Source: Octopus bimaculoides (Eukaryota). Taken from it: a stretch of 64,000 nt of DNA. Every line of letters starts with the position of its first letter. Within the stretch, counting starts at the first letter, position 1. A program made the position numbers and the translations under genes. Shown here piece after piece: positions 1 to 11,122 of the stretch. The stretch spans positions 89,824,799 to 89,888,798 of the forward strand of contig NC_068983.1 of NCBI RefSeq assembly GCF_001194135.2, read 5' to 3'. The notes beneath the pieces were generated by a model, which searched no databases, was not told where the DNA came from, and was given only the letters and a program-made list of their open reading frames with translations.

Positions 1-410
1 TAAGGCCCTTCGATTCTAGTCCTTGCTTCCACACCTGAAACTTCTCCTCTAGTTCTGATAGTGACTCCGCAATTAGTGCAAGGTCATCAGCATAGAGGAG
101 CTCCCAGGGGCAACCTGTCTTGAATTCCTGTGATCGCCTGGAGGACTATGATAAATAGGAGGGGGCTGAGGACGGAACCTTGGTGGACCCCTACCTCTAC
201 CCGGAATTCATTTCCAACCCTCACCTTACTGGCAGCATCTCTGTACATGGCTCGCACAGCTCTCACTAACCATTCTTCTATCCCAAGTTTCCTCATTGAC
301 CACCAGATAAGGGATCGGGGGACCCTGTCAAAGGCTTTCTCCATGTCAACGAAGGCCAGGTACAGAGGTTTATCCTTGGCTAGGTATTTCTCCTGCAGCT
401 GTCTCACTAG
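1..410 (-). mobile_element. RTE-clade LINE reverse transcriptase fragment
   Basis: LAFVDMEKAFDRVPR, GVHQGSVLSPLLF, frameshifted YADD (83-94), WKQGLESKGL. Confidence 0.9.
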
Positions 411-548
411 GTGTTTAATAATGTACGTAATGTACACGCAAACACACACACACTCACAGACACGTACACATTCATATACAAAATGTGATGATATGCACAC
501 ATATAGTCACATACATACAGTAAGGGAGACACATACAGGCATACATTC

Positions 549-600
549 ACACATGTCAGTTGACACATGTCAGTTGACACATGTCAGTTGACACATGTGT
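549..600. repeat. 14-bp tandem repeat (ACACATGTCAGTTG) x3.7 in CA-rich low-complexity DNA
   Basis: Direct inspection. Confidence 0.9.
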
Positions 601-992
601 AAATGTAGATGTATGTGTGTGTTTAATAATGTACCTAACACAGAAACACACACACAGTCAGAGAAACATACACACTCATACACCCACACACATACACTCA
701 GAAACACATGCACACTCATATATGTGATGTCATCATCATGGTGGTTTGAAATTTCCTTTACTATCCCATGCGTACTGAATGCGCAAATACACACACAAAG
801 TGGAAGAATAAAAGTGAAACAATATTACACAACGGTTTTTGATAGAGGGAGAAATGTAAATAGTGTATTTAAATAGGAGAGCAAAAAATTTAAAATAAGT
901 AATGTTGTAGGGAGAACGTACAAATAGTATGAAGACAAAAATATTTATGCATGACAAAATTGAAATACACTGAAGTCAATTTTCAGAGATAG

Positions 993-1840
993 NNNNNNNN
1001 NNNNNNNNNNNNNNNNNNNNNNNNNNNNNNNNNNNNNNNNNNNNNNNNNNNNNNNNNNNNNNNNNNNNNNNNNNNNNNNNNNNNNNNNNNNNNNNNNNNN
1101 NNNNNNNNNNNNNNNNNNNNNNNNNNNNNNNNNNNNNNNNNNNNNNNNNNNNNNNNNNNNNNNNNNNNNNNNNNNNNNNNNNNNNNNNNNNNNNNNNNNN
1201 NNNNNNNNNNNNNNNNNNNNNNNNNNNNNNNNNNNNNNNNNNNNNNNNNNNNNNNNNNNNNNNNNNNNNNNNNNNNNNNNNNNNNNNNNNNNNNNNNNNN
1301 NNNNNNNNNNNNNNNNNNNNNNNNNNNNNNNNNNNNNNNNNNNNNNNNNNNNNNNNNNNNNNNNNNNNNNNNNNNNNNNNNNNNNNNNNNNNNNNNNNNN
1401 NNNNNNNNNNNNNNNNNNNNNNNNNNNNNNNNNNNNNNNNNNNNNNNNNNNNNNNNNNNNNNNNNNNNNNNNNNNNNNNNNNNNNNNNNNNNNNNNNNNN
1501 NNNNNNNNNNNNNNNNNNNNNNNNNNNNNNNNNNNNNNNNNNNNNNNNNNNNNNNNNNNNNNNNNNNNNNNNNNNNNNNNNNNNNNNNNNNNNNNNNNNN
1601 NNNNNNNNNNNNNNNNNNNNNNNNNNNNNNNNNNNNNNNNNNNNNNNNNNNNNNNNNNNNNNNNNNNNNNNNNNNNNNNNNNNNNNNNNNNNNNNNNNNN
1701 NNNNNNNNNNNNNNNNNNNNNNNNNNNNNNNNNNNNNNNNNNNNNNNNNNNNNNNNNNNNNNNNNNNNNNNNNNNNNNNNNNNNNNNNNNNNNNNNNNNN
1801 NNNNNNNNNNNNNNNNNNNNNNNNNNNNNNNNNNNNNNNN
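993..1840. other. Assembly gap
   Basis: N run. Confidence 1.
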
Positions 1841-1890
<50 letters not shown>

Positions 1891-2690
1891 TATCATCGTC
1901 ATCATTTAACGTCCATTGTCCATGCTGGCATGGGTTGGACAGTTTGACTGGGCTGGCACGCTGGAAGGCTGCACTAGACTCCAGTCTGATTTGGCATGGT
2001 TTTCTATGGCTGGATGCCCTTCCTAATGCCAACCACTCTGAGAGTGTAATGGGTGCTTTTACGTGCCACCAGCATGGGTGCCATTTGCGTCACACCAGGG
2101 TGTGTTTACATGCCACTGACTTGGATGCCAATTTGCACGACCCAGTATCTGCCACAACTGTGATTTTGCTCAGCTTGATGGCTCTTCTTCTCAAGGACAA
2201 CATAATGCCAAAGGTCTTGGTCATTGCTTCTGTGAGACCCAATACTCAAAAGGAACTCAGCCGCTTTGCTTCTGTGAGGCCCAATGCTCAAAAGGAACTC
2301 AGCCACTTTACCTTCATCAGGCCCAACACTCAAGAGTAACTCAGCCACTTTGCCTCTGTCAGGCCCAACTCTTGAAAGGAACTCAACCACTTTGCCTCTG
2401 TCAGGGCCAATATTCTTTAAGTGCCATGAGCAATGTTCTTTAAGTGCTATGAGCACAGATGCACCTGGCGTGATGGGTCCTCTCAAGCACAGTACATCGG
2501 TCTCGGTCACCAGTCATTGCCTCTGTGAGGCTCAAAGTTCGAAGATATGTTTCACCACCTCATACCATGTCTTCCTGGGTCTACTTCTACCACAGGTTCC
2601 CTCCACATATAGAGATCAGCACTTCTTTACACAGCTGTCCTCATCCATATGCATCACATAACCAGCACAATTGTCTCTCTTGCACACCAC
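1841..2690 (-). mobile_element. 5'-truncated RTE LINE 3' end with 42-bp tandem units and (GAT)n tail
   Basis: Minus strand GHVMHMDEDSCVKKC..GTCGRSRPRKTW, TTAGGAAGGGCATCCAGC tail motif, (ATC)n at 1841-1905. Confidence 0.85.
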
Positions 2691-2740
2691 ATCTGATTGT
2701 ATAATAATAATAATGATAATAATAATAATAATAATAATAA

Positions 2741-3740
2741 TGGAGTGCATCAACAGTGAAAGAAGAAACATGGCAGAATATTTGTAAACAACAAGCAAGA
2801 CCTGCTACAGTATGCTGCTAATGCAGAAGAATTTAACAAAAATGGACTTGAGAATGCTATTGAATTCCGATCACAAATAGCCAATAAGAGAGAAGAAACT
2901 TTCCTTTGCATGGAATTACATGATCAGTTCCACCATGAAACTAACAACTTAAAAGGCCAGGAAGCATCATGGAGGAGGCTCAGCAAGGGTGACCTAAAGA
3001 AGAAGACTGAAAACCTAATCATCACTGCCTAGGATCAGGCATTGAATACCAACTCAGTGAAAAGGGATATATACCACACAAATACAACAAACCTCTGCAG
3101 AATGTGTGGGAAGAGGGTCAAAAGCATGACTCACATTGTTTGTGCTTGTGAAAGTCTTGCGCAGAAAGAGTACAAGCACAGACACGACAAGGTAGCCCAA
3201 AACCTTCACTGGCTACTATGCCAGAAGATGGATACGAGGTAATGGGTGCTTGGTACCAACATACACCGGAAAAGGTAATGGACAAAAAAGTGGGAGGCAA
3301 AAATCCTCTGGGACTTTGACTTCCAGACAGACAGAGTGTTAGAGCACCAAAGGCCAGATATAGTAACCTTTAGGAGAGACAAACAACAGTGCCTAATAGT
3401 TGATGTGGAAGTGCCAGGAGATTAACATATCATCATGAAAGAAAGAGAAAAGATTGATAAATATGGGGACCTGAGAATTGTGATCACCAAGATGTTCTTG
3501 TTGTCATCAGATCATTGGGTTCAATACCACCCAACCTGAAGAAACATCTGGAAACTTTAAAAATACCCTACAATCTAGGTATATTGCAAAAATCAGCATT
3601 TCTTAGAACAGCACACATATTGAGTAAAGTACTATCTGAGGTCCTTGTTGTGACTTGACAGAGAGTACAAACCCCCAGTAGACACAATGTCTTCAATCAA
3701 CAACATCACAATATTGGATACTGTGTGGCATCTTAGATAA
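2741..3740 (+). mobile_element. R4/Dong-like non-LTR element 3' part (zinc knuckle plus restriction-like endonuclease), decayed
   Basis: DQALNT, CRMCG..HIVCAC, KILWDFDFQTDRVLEHQRPDI, QKSAFLRTAHIL; (TAA)n on both sides. Confidence 0.85.
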
Positions 3741-3939
3741 TAATAATGATTTCTTTATTAACCACACAGGGTTTACATTAAGAAAAACATTATGGACAGC
3801 ACAGGACAAATAGAATGTAGGATTACATAAAAGTCATGTAAACAAGGAAAAACAATCAAATATAACAAAAAAATTCTCCAAAAGAGGGAGACCTCCTGGG
3901 ACCACTCAAGGAAACCCCACAAATTCATGACAATCCTGA

Positions 3940-4620
3940 CACCAAGGTAAGTACCCTTTTCACTTCATCTACATTCACCCACCTTTTAACAAAATTGTTG
4001 GATGGCAGCACTTCCCTTTCCACTCTCATTTTCCTTTTCAAGTGAAACTTGAAAAAGTTGATGAGGATTTGGCCAAAGAGGAAAATGTCTGTCTTTAATC
4101 CTTTCAATCTGATCCACCACACAACCTCTTTCACTAAGGCTATCAGGCAAAGAAAAACAGCCAAAAGAAGACAGTGGGACTATCTTCATAATGGACTCAG
4201 CCAATAGCTAGATCCATCCTACATATGATAGCAGGTGTTCAACATAAACCCACAAGTCAGAAATATTCAGACAAGAGCATGCAGAACAGTTTCGTCACTC
4301 TGCATGTACCTAAGGCAAGCCCAGCTGATGGCACTTCCATGCCTGTAGAGTTTATCCCAAACTGGCAATGCCCCACCAGCTGTACTGCCAAGCCAGGCCA
4401 GGGATTTCTAGAAGTTATCCATGGGTCTCAGCTCAAAAGTCCTCAAGAACAAACCAGCTAACTCATTCTTGTTTACATCCACAGTCACCCCAAGAATGTT
4501 GTTACACTTGCCTGCCACTAACCCTCTATAGAATGCTTGAGTGGAACTTCCACTGACTGACAAAGGACTGTGAACACCTGACAACATTCTGGATGCCAGG
4601 CACTCTGTCTTGGTCTACAC
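3940..4620 (-). mobile_element. L1/Tx1-like LINE C-terminal (zf-RVT) fragment
   Basis: GALPVWDKLYRHG and SDETVLHALV..ISDLWVYVEHLL across frameshifts. Confidence 0.6.
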
Positions 4621-4834
4621 TTTATCCAGGACTGCAGCTCAGACAAAGAGACAAGCTGTAGGAAATCATGTCTGACAAATGGTGACCACACTTGCTCACT
4701 GTCTAGGAAGCACTGGAGGTGTTACAGCTTCAGCAGATGTCTGCACATCAGCAGCCACAGCATGCCCAGCCCTCCATTCATTGGGTGTTGACAGTAAATG
4801 GAGTGCCTGACAAGTGGAATGCACCTTCTCCACA

Positions 4835-5045
4835 GTGGCGAGCTGGCAGAAATGTTAGCACGCCAGGCAAACTACTTAGTGGTATTTCATCTGTCTTTAT
4901 GTTCTGATTTCAAATTTCGCAGAGGTCAACTTTGCCTTTCATCCTTTTGGGGTTGATAAATTAAGTACCACTTGTGTACTGGGGTCAATTTAATCGATTG
5001 GCCTCCTCCCCAAAATTCCGGGCCTTGTACCTAGAGTAGAAAAGA
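4835..5045 (+). mobile_element. tRNA-type SINE, family 1
   Basis: GGCGAGCTGGCAGAA head and GAGGTCAACTTTGCCTTTCATCC..GATAAATTAAGTACC core; repeated at about 5270-5390(-), 7660-7870, 7880-8020, 8790-8900, 12450-12745 and 48455-48770. Confidence 0.75.
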
Positions 5046-5740
5046 AAGCGGAAAAACACATGCTCCAGTTTCAGATGGACCCGTCTACCTATGACACAAA
5101 TGCATCCCTTGTTAACCTGTGATAATGCAGTATGGTTGTTTTCTGAAACCCCTTTCATATTGTAGTTCTTTGTGGTCTTACTTGTATCAGGCACCAAGTT
5201 GATTTTTACATTTGACCCATTCCTATATCATTGCTAAATTGATTTACCTGGTCATTCTTAGTATATAGTTTCGGGTCATCAAAAAGGATGAAAGGCAAAA
5301 ATCAACTTTTGGAAAATTTGAATTCAGATTGTAAAGACTCAAAAGAAATACCACTAAGCATTTTGTCCAACTCATTAACAATTTTGATAGTTTGCTGCCT
5401 TAATGCTATCAATAATGATTTCAAATAAGAAAATAGAATATGACTTGAAGATAATTTGGCTGTTATCTCTAGCAGGTCATTCTCTTGTTGGCCCTGAGGT
5501 TTTTACTTCACTGTTTTCATTCCTCTCTAGTCTTGGAGCCACTAAAAAATCAATTTTAAATAAAATTTCTAGTGCTGATGGCTGAAATGCTTAATGCTTT
5601 GTGTTCCTATTTTTGTATGCTGTTGTTTAACAACCTATTGTTTGATCATATATCTACTCAGTTAGCCATGACTGAATAAGACCTATAATCATCAAAGGCT
5701 TTCTAGACATGGCTATTCTGTCTTTTTGTATACCTAAAAC

Positions 5741-5986
5741 TACGAGGAGGTGCTGAAAATTTCCTGGCTTTAAAGGTGTTGTGAAAGGCCTGGTTGGAGA
5801 ACCAACCTTCTGAGTTCTTTTACAGGGCTTAGAAAAATTGAAGGACTGCTGCAATAAGTGTGTGAATCTGAGAGGAATATGTTGAATAAAATCTGAGAGG
5901 GGAATATGCTGCATAAAATCATAATTAACTGATCTTCCTGTATTTTCTTTCACCCAAAGCCAGGAACATTTCAGCACCCCCTTGTA
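5741..5986 (+). mobile_element. Mariner internal-deletion derivative (MITE) with TA TSD
   Basis: TIRs TACGAGGAGGTGCTGAAAATTTCCTGGCTTT and AAAGCCAGGAACATTTCAGCACCCCCTTGTA; internal LQGLEKLKDCCNKCVNLRGEYVE resembles a mariner transposase C-terminus. Confidence 0.85.
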
Positions 5987-6499
5987 CATTGGCTAATATG
6001 TGATTTGAGGGAATTTGCTGTTATTTCCAGCATGTTGAGGGACCATATAGAAGCTCCCTTGTTAATAGGATTTCATTTACTTTTTCCCATTAGAACTCAT
6101 TGACTTTTTTCAGGCCTCTTGAAATATCTTTGTTATTCCAATCCTCTTGCCTTAAGTTTTTTTCCTTATATTTACTGAAGAAAAATATCCTACAAATCAA
6201 CTTGTCTTGCTTAGAAATAATCAGAAACTTGCAATTTCTCTCCAGGATGGTGAGTAGATGTGCTCACCCTTCATTCACTGTGTTTTTGCACAGTTCATAA
6301 CTTTGATGGAGCAGCAGTCTTAAACATAAAATCATAATTAACTGATCCTCCTGGATACCTGGCACCTGGAATGTTGTGAAGCACTTATAGCTCTCTTTCA
6401 ATCAAGCATATAACCCATGAACTTATTCTATAGAGGACTAATGATAAGAAACTGTAACACTGTTCTCAGAGAAACACAGGGCATTAACAGGAATCAAAT

Positions 6500-7060
6500 G
6501 GCTAGCCTGTTCTGGAGAAGTTTCAGCTTAGGAGCATGGATAATTTCCAGAAATCCTTATTGGAGTTACTGTTAGTTTGAGATAAACTCAACAGACCTGG
6601 AAATGCCATCATTGAGTCTATCTGAAATGCACCTAGAGTTGTGAAACCATTCTACATGCACTGATTCAGTGCCCAAGCATTATTGACATGTACAGTTTTA
6701 CCAAAAAGATGTTGTATGCAGGACAGATCCATCCAGCTATTGACCAAGTACATATTGAAGTTTGCACCACTGTTTTTCTTTACCTGAAAAGGGCTGGTAG
6801 TTTTCCTCTGTCAAGTAGCTATGGCAAAAAAAGGTTGTATGTTGAATGCAGGTGAATGGAATGAGGACAGATATTTACCTCTCAACCAAGCCCTCATCAA
6901 CTTTTTCAGCTTCCTCTTAAGGAGAAAAATCAGAGTGGAGAGAGAGGTGCTGCCCTCCATTAAATTTGTTGACATGTAGATGAAAGTGACAAGAATGGCT
7001 TGAATGAATGGGCCTACTCTTAGAATGAATCTATAGATTGCAGAATAACAGTTTAAAGAG
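6500..7060 (+). mobile_element. Second Tx1-like 3' fragment, inverted relative to 3940-4620
   Basis: RDKLNRPG, ETILHALIQCP; shares CCTCATCAACTTTTTCA..AGAGTGGA..GTGCTGCC with the reverse complement of about 3990-4090. Confidence 0.55.
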
Positions 7061-8707
7061 GGCACTTACCTTTGGTCAGCAAAGTAATTCTAGATTTGCG
7101 TAGTTCCTTAATTGGTTTTAAACAACAGTCATCTCTCTGGAGCCTTTTTTGTAATTTGTCCCTGTAAGTTGCAGATTTGATGCTTTGTAATTGTTGTTGT
7201 TTAGCTCCAGATCAGCCTTGATCAAGCAGACCTATTATCAAAGTCATTCCAAACATAACTATCCTATTGTTTTTCTTCAGACAAAGCTTTTCCATGACTA
7301 AATTATTTTAGATGTCCTTCCTTTTTTTAAGATTGTAGAGGGATATTTGGTTGCTATTGTAATCTTTGATCATGTCCCTTCAAATTATTGCCTTTAATTT
7401 TGCATTTAATCCTTATAATGTTGATAAAATAAATATACTAGGGTGATTGTGATTTCAAAGTTTATCAGTTAATAAAATGAAAAAATTAGTTACTGGAATA
7501 AATGTCAGTCAACCTGCATTTAGACTCTACATGTGTATTGAGACCTTTGTCAGTTTTTAAGGTTTCTTATAAACAGTCAAGCACTGAACTTAGTTTTATT
7601 GACAGTACCAGTTCCTTTAGAATGTATAGTTTTGTGCCTATGTTGCTGTTTTTTTATTAAGATGGCAAACTGGTAGAATCATTAGAGTATCAGAAAAAAT
7701 GCATTGTAGTATTTGTTCTGGACCTTTACATTCTGAGTTCAAATCCTGCTGAGGTCAGCTTTGTCTATCATCCCCCAAGGTGTCATTAAAACAAAATATC
7801 AATCATTAGTTATTGACTGAGTCCCTAACCTTGAACTGTTAGCCTTGTGCCTAAATCAGAAACCATTTTTAAGATAGTTAGTGGCTAAAGAGTAGAGGGC
7901 CACATTAAATACTTTGTGGTATTTAGTTACAACCCTTTACATTGAGTTTAAATCCCTTTGAGATCAACTTTGCATTTACTTCCTCACAGGATTGCTAAGA
8001 ATTAGAATCCAGGCTTGTGTTTGTGTTTAATTAATAGCAAAGAGCTGAATAGTTTTAAAAAGAAACAATAAAAAAGAAAAGGATACCAATTAAGCAATAA
8101 AATTCTTCAATGAATGACTCACTATTAGACTGTGTTCTCCTTTACCTCTTCTACAGCAATTATAGTGGCCTCTGCTCTCCTGAACTAGCTAACTATGTAC
8201 ATATCTGCCTCATAACTAAAGCCACTTGATGTGTTAATTTCTCATCCCCTCGAGACTGATTCTGTATCTTGCACAATTATACCTCACAATAAACATATTT
8301 TCCAAACTGTCCTTCCCAACCTCTTTACTGTCCACTTACCTAACATTTCCTTTCCAAACTGAGCTACAATCATAGTAACTTCACCTTGTTAACTCTATCT
8401 TCAAATGTAACATGGCCTAAGCAATAAAGAATAACTAGAGCAGAGCCAGTAGATAAGATGAAGTGCTTGCCAGAAAAACTGCTGGAGTGAAAAAAACAAG
8501 GAAAATCCTTTTGTAGTTCTTTGATGCTTAACATTAAAACTTAAGGATTAAATTTCATTTTTGGATTTGGTTTGCAAGATTCTTTATCTGAGTTTGTGTG
8601 TTGAAGCATATTCTGTTGTGTCTGGAGAGTCATTCTCTTTTGGTGCCTTATGATTTAACACACTCACCGGTAAAATTTCCACTTATTTCTTTTTTATTTT
8701 TCTAAAA

Positions 8708-8768
8708 TTTTCGTTGCGTCTTGCAGTCTTTTCAAGAATATTGAAAAGGTTGCAAGATGCAACGAAAA
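8708..8768. repeat. 28-bp inverted repeat with 5-nt loop
   Basis: TTTTCGTTGCGTCTTGCAGTCTTTTCAA / TTGAAAAGGTTGCAAGATGCAACGAAAA (25/28 complementary). Confidence 0.85.
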
Positions 8769-9296
8769 ATCTGATAGTGTTAAATAAATACCTAATATAG
8801 TTAGTTTTGTCTTTCAACATTCTGACTTCAATTCCCAGCAGCAAACTTTACGTTATTGTTCCAGGATCAATAAGTACCAGGCAACTGAGGTCAATTCAAC
8901 TAACATTTTTGCATATCATACCAAGGTGACTACTTTTCCTATTTTTTAATTAATTAAAAAATTGTCTTGGCTTACTACATTGTTATCCCAACTTAACTAT
9001 GTGATCTTCAACCCTAAGAAATTTTCCCACGTTATCTATTAAAATCTTATATACTCTTGCAATCATTCTAAGGTCTGGAAGATATAAGAGTATGCTCTGC
9101 TCGTCTGGAGTTGTCACAGTACTTACCAAAGATAAACTCACTTTCTGTTGCATGCCCCCAACCCACTTATTCAATTCTTGATCAAACTGAGAATTTCAGA
9201 GTTGTTTTCCTGAATCATTATTAATGCTAATGAATTTTCTACTCCTTGCCGATACAATTCTGATTAAAAGAAATGTTTTGACTCACTGTGCTTTAG

Positions 9297-9773
9297 TCTC
9301 TTAATATATAGTTTTCAAACTAAAGCATTTGACCCGGTGACAAAAATAAAAAATAAAAATTAGTCTAATAGGTGTAAAACAACTTGCTGGGAACGAATAT
9401 GAAGAAAAAAATGCGCGCTCGCGAACGGGTGAGTGGGGAGAGGACTCGGAACATCCATATCGTCGGTCTATGGCCTCTAAACTATAGTGTTTGACCCGAG
9501 CTCAAGAACAAAAAATAATTAGTGTAATAGGTGTAAAACAACTTGCTGTGAATATATATATATATATGTATAAATTAAAAGAGTAAGGATATTAATTAAT
9601 ATCAATTTAATACCGTGGAATTAGCACATTGAAAGAATCAGGAGATTCAGAAAAATTATCTGAGATCTCAAAGGATTATTGTATATGTATATATAAAGGA
9701 GACCACTAGGTGGACGGCTAGTGTGCTAGAAGAATGTGATCTTCTAGCACATTAGCCGTCCACCTAGTGGTCT
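9297..9773 (+). mobile_element. Helitron-like non-autonomous element with modular internal repeats
   Basis: Ends in CCACTAGGTGG hairpin plus ACGGCTAGT (Helitron-type 3' end) at about 9703-9722; internal units match 10720-11122 in reverse. Confidence 0.45.
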
Positions 9774-10634
9774 NNNNNNNNNNNNNNNNNNNNNNNNNNN
9801 NNNNNNNNNNNNNNNNNNNNNNNNNNNNNNNNNNNNNNNNNNNNNNNNNNNNNNNNNNNNNNNNNNNNNNNNNNNNNNNNNNNNNNNNNNNNNNNNNNNN
9901 NNNNNNNNNNNNNNNNNNNNNNNNNNNNNNNNNNNNNNNNNNNNNNNNNNNNNNNNNNNNNNNNNNNNNNNNNNNNNNNNNNNNNNNNNNNNNNNNNNNN
10001 NNNNNNNNNNNNNNNNNNNNNNNNNNNNNNNNNNNNNNNNNNNNNNNNNNNNNNNNNNNNNNNNNNNNNNNNNNNNNNNNNNNNNNNNNNNNNNNNNNNN
10101 NNNNNNNNNNNNNNNNNNNNNNNNNNNNNNNNNNNNNNNNNNNNNNNNNNNNNNNNNNNNNNNNNNNNNNNNNNNNNNNNNNNNNNNNNNNNNNNNNNNN
10201 NNNNNNNNNNNNNNNNNNNNNNNNNNNNNNNNNNNNNNNNNNNNNNNNNNNNNNNNNNNNNNNNNNNNNNNNNNNNNNNNNNNNNNNNNNNNNNNNNNNN
10301 NNNNNNNNNNNNNNNNNNNNNNNNNNNNNNNNNNNNNNNNNNNNNNNNNNNNNNNNNNNNNNNNNNNNNNNNNNNNNNNNNNNNNNNNNNNNNNNNNNNN
10401 NNNNNNNNNNNNNNNNNNNNNNNNNNNNNNNNNNNNNNNNNNNNNNNNNNNNNNNNNNNNNNNNNNNNNNNNNNNNNNNNNNNNNNNNNNNNNNNNNNNN
10501 NNNNNNNNNNNNNNNNNNNNNNNNNNNNNNNNNNNNNNNNNNNNNNNNNNNNNNNNNNNNNNNNNNNNNNNNNNNNNNNNNNNNNNNNNNNNNNNNNNNN
10601 NNNNNNNNNNNNNNNNNNNNNNNNNNNNNNNNNN
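9774..10634. other. Assembly gap
   Basis: N run. Confidence 1.
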
Positions 10635-10699
10635 TGTAAAACGCATATGTTAAATGAATTCATTTAACATATGCGTTTTACTCCATTTACTAAATTTAT

Positions 10700-11122
10700 A
10701 TATATATATATATATGTTATATGTGTGTGTTCTTGATATTCTTTCAGAGCAAGTTGTTTTACATCTATTACACTGTTTTTCTTTTGTTTCTTGGCTCCGG
10801 TGAGGCGTATCGGAACATTCACGATGTGAATGTTCCGAGTCCTCTCCCCACCCCGCCTTTCGCGAGAGCGCATTTTTTTTTTTTTTTATATTCGTTCAGA
10901 GCAAGTCGTTTTACATCTATTACACTATTTTTCTTTTGTTTCTTGGCTCCGGTGAGGCGTCTCGGAACATTCACGATGTTCCGAGTCCTCCCCTCTCCGT
11001 TCGCGAGCTCTCTCCCTCCCGTTCGCGAGTGCGCATTTTTCTTCATATTCGTTCCCAACAAGTTGTTTTACACCTATTAGACTAATTCTTTTTTTTATTT
11101 TTGTCCAAACGCTTTAGTTTGA
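10700..11122 (-). mobile_element. Inverted copy of the 9315-9560 modular repeat (about 3 units)
   Basis: CAAGTTGTTTTACACCTATTAGACTAA and GTTCCGAGTCCTC units are reverse complements of 9360-9452. Confidence 0.7.

Noticed and set aside
976-2032. Long ORFs of 300+ aa (also 9744-10663, 13265-13930, 27818-28506)
   Set aside because: They are artefacts of N runs and (GAT)n repeats; only the piggyBac-derived flanks near 28 kb are meaningful
2106-2510. 134-aa ORF with 14-aa repeats; possible CRISPR-like array
   Set aside because: It is a contiguous 42-bp minisatellite in a LINE 3' UTR with no unique spacers and no cas genes
4835-4930. tRNA-like heads of SINE copies
   Set aside because: No complete cloverleaf, and each continues into a SINE core, so these are not tRNA genes
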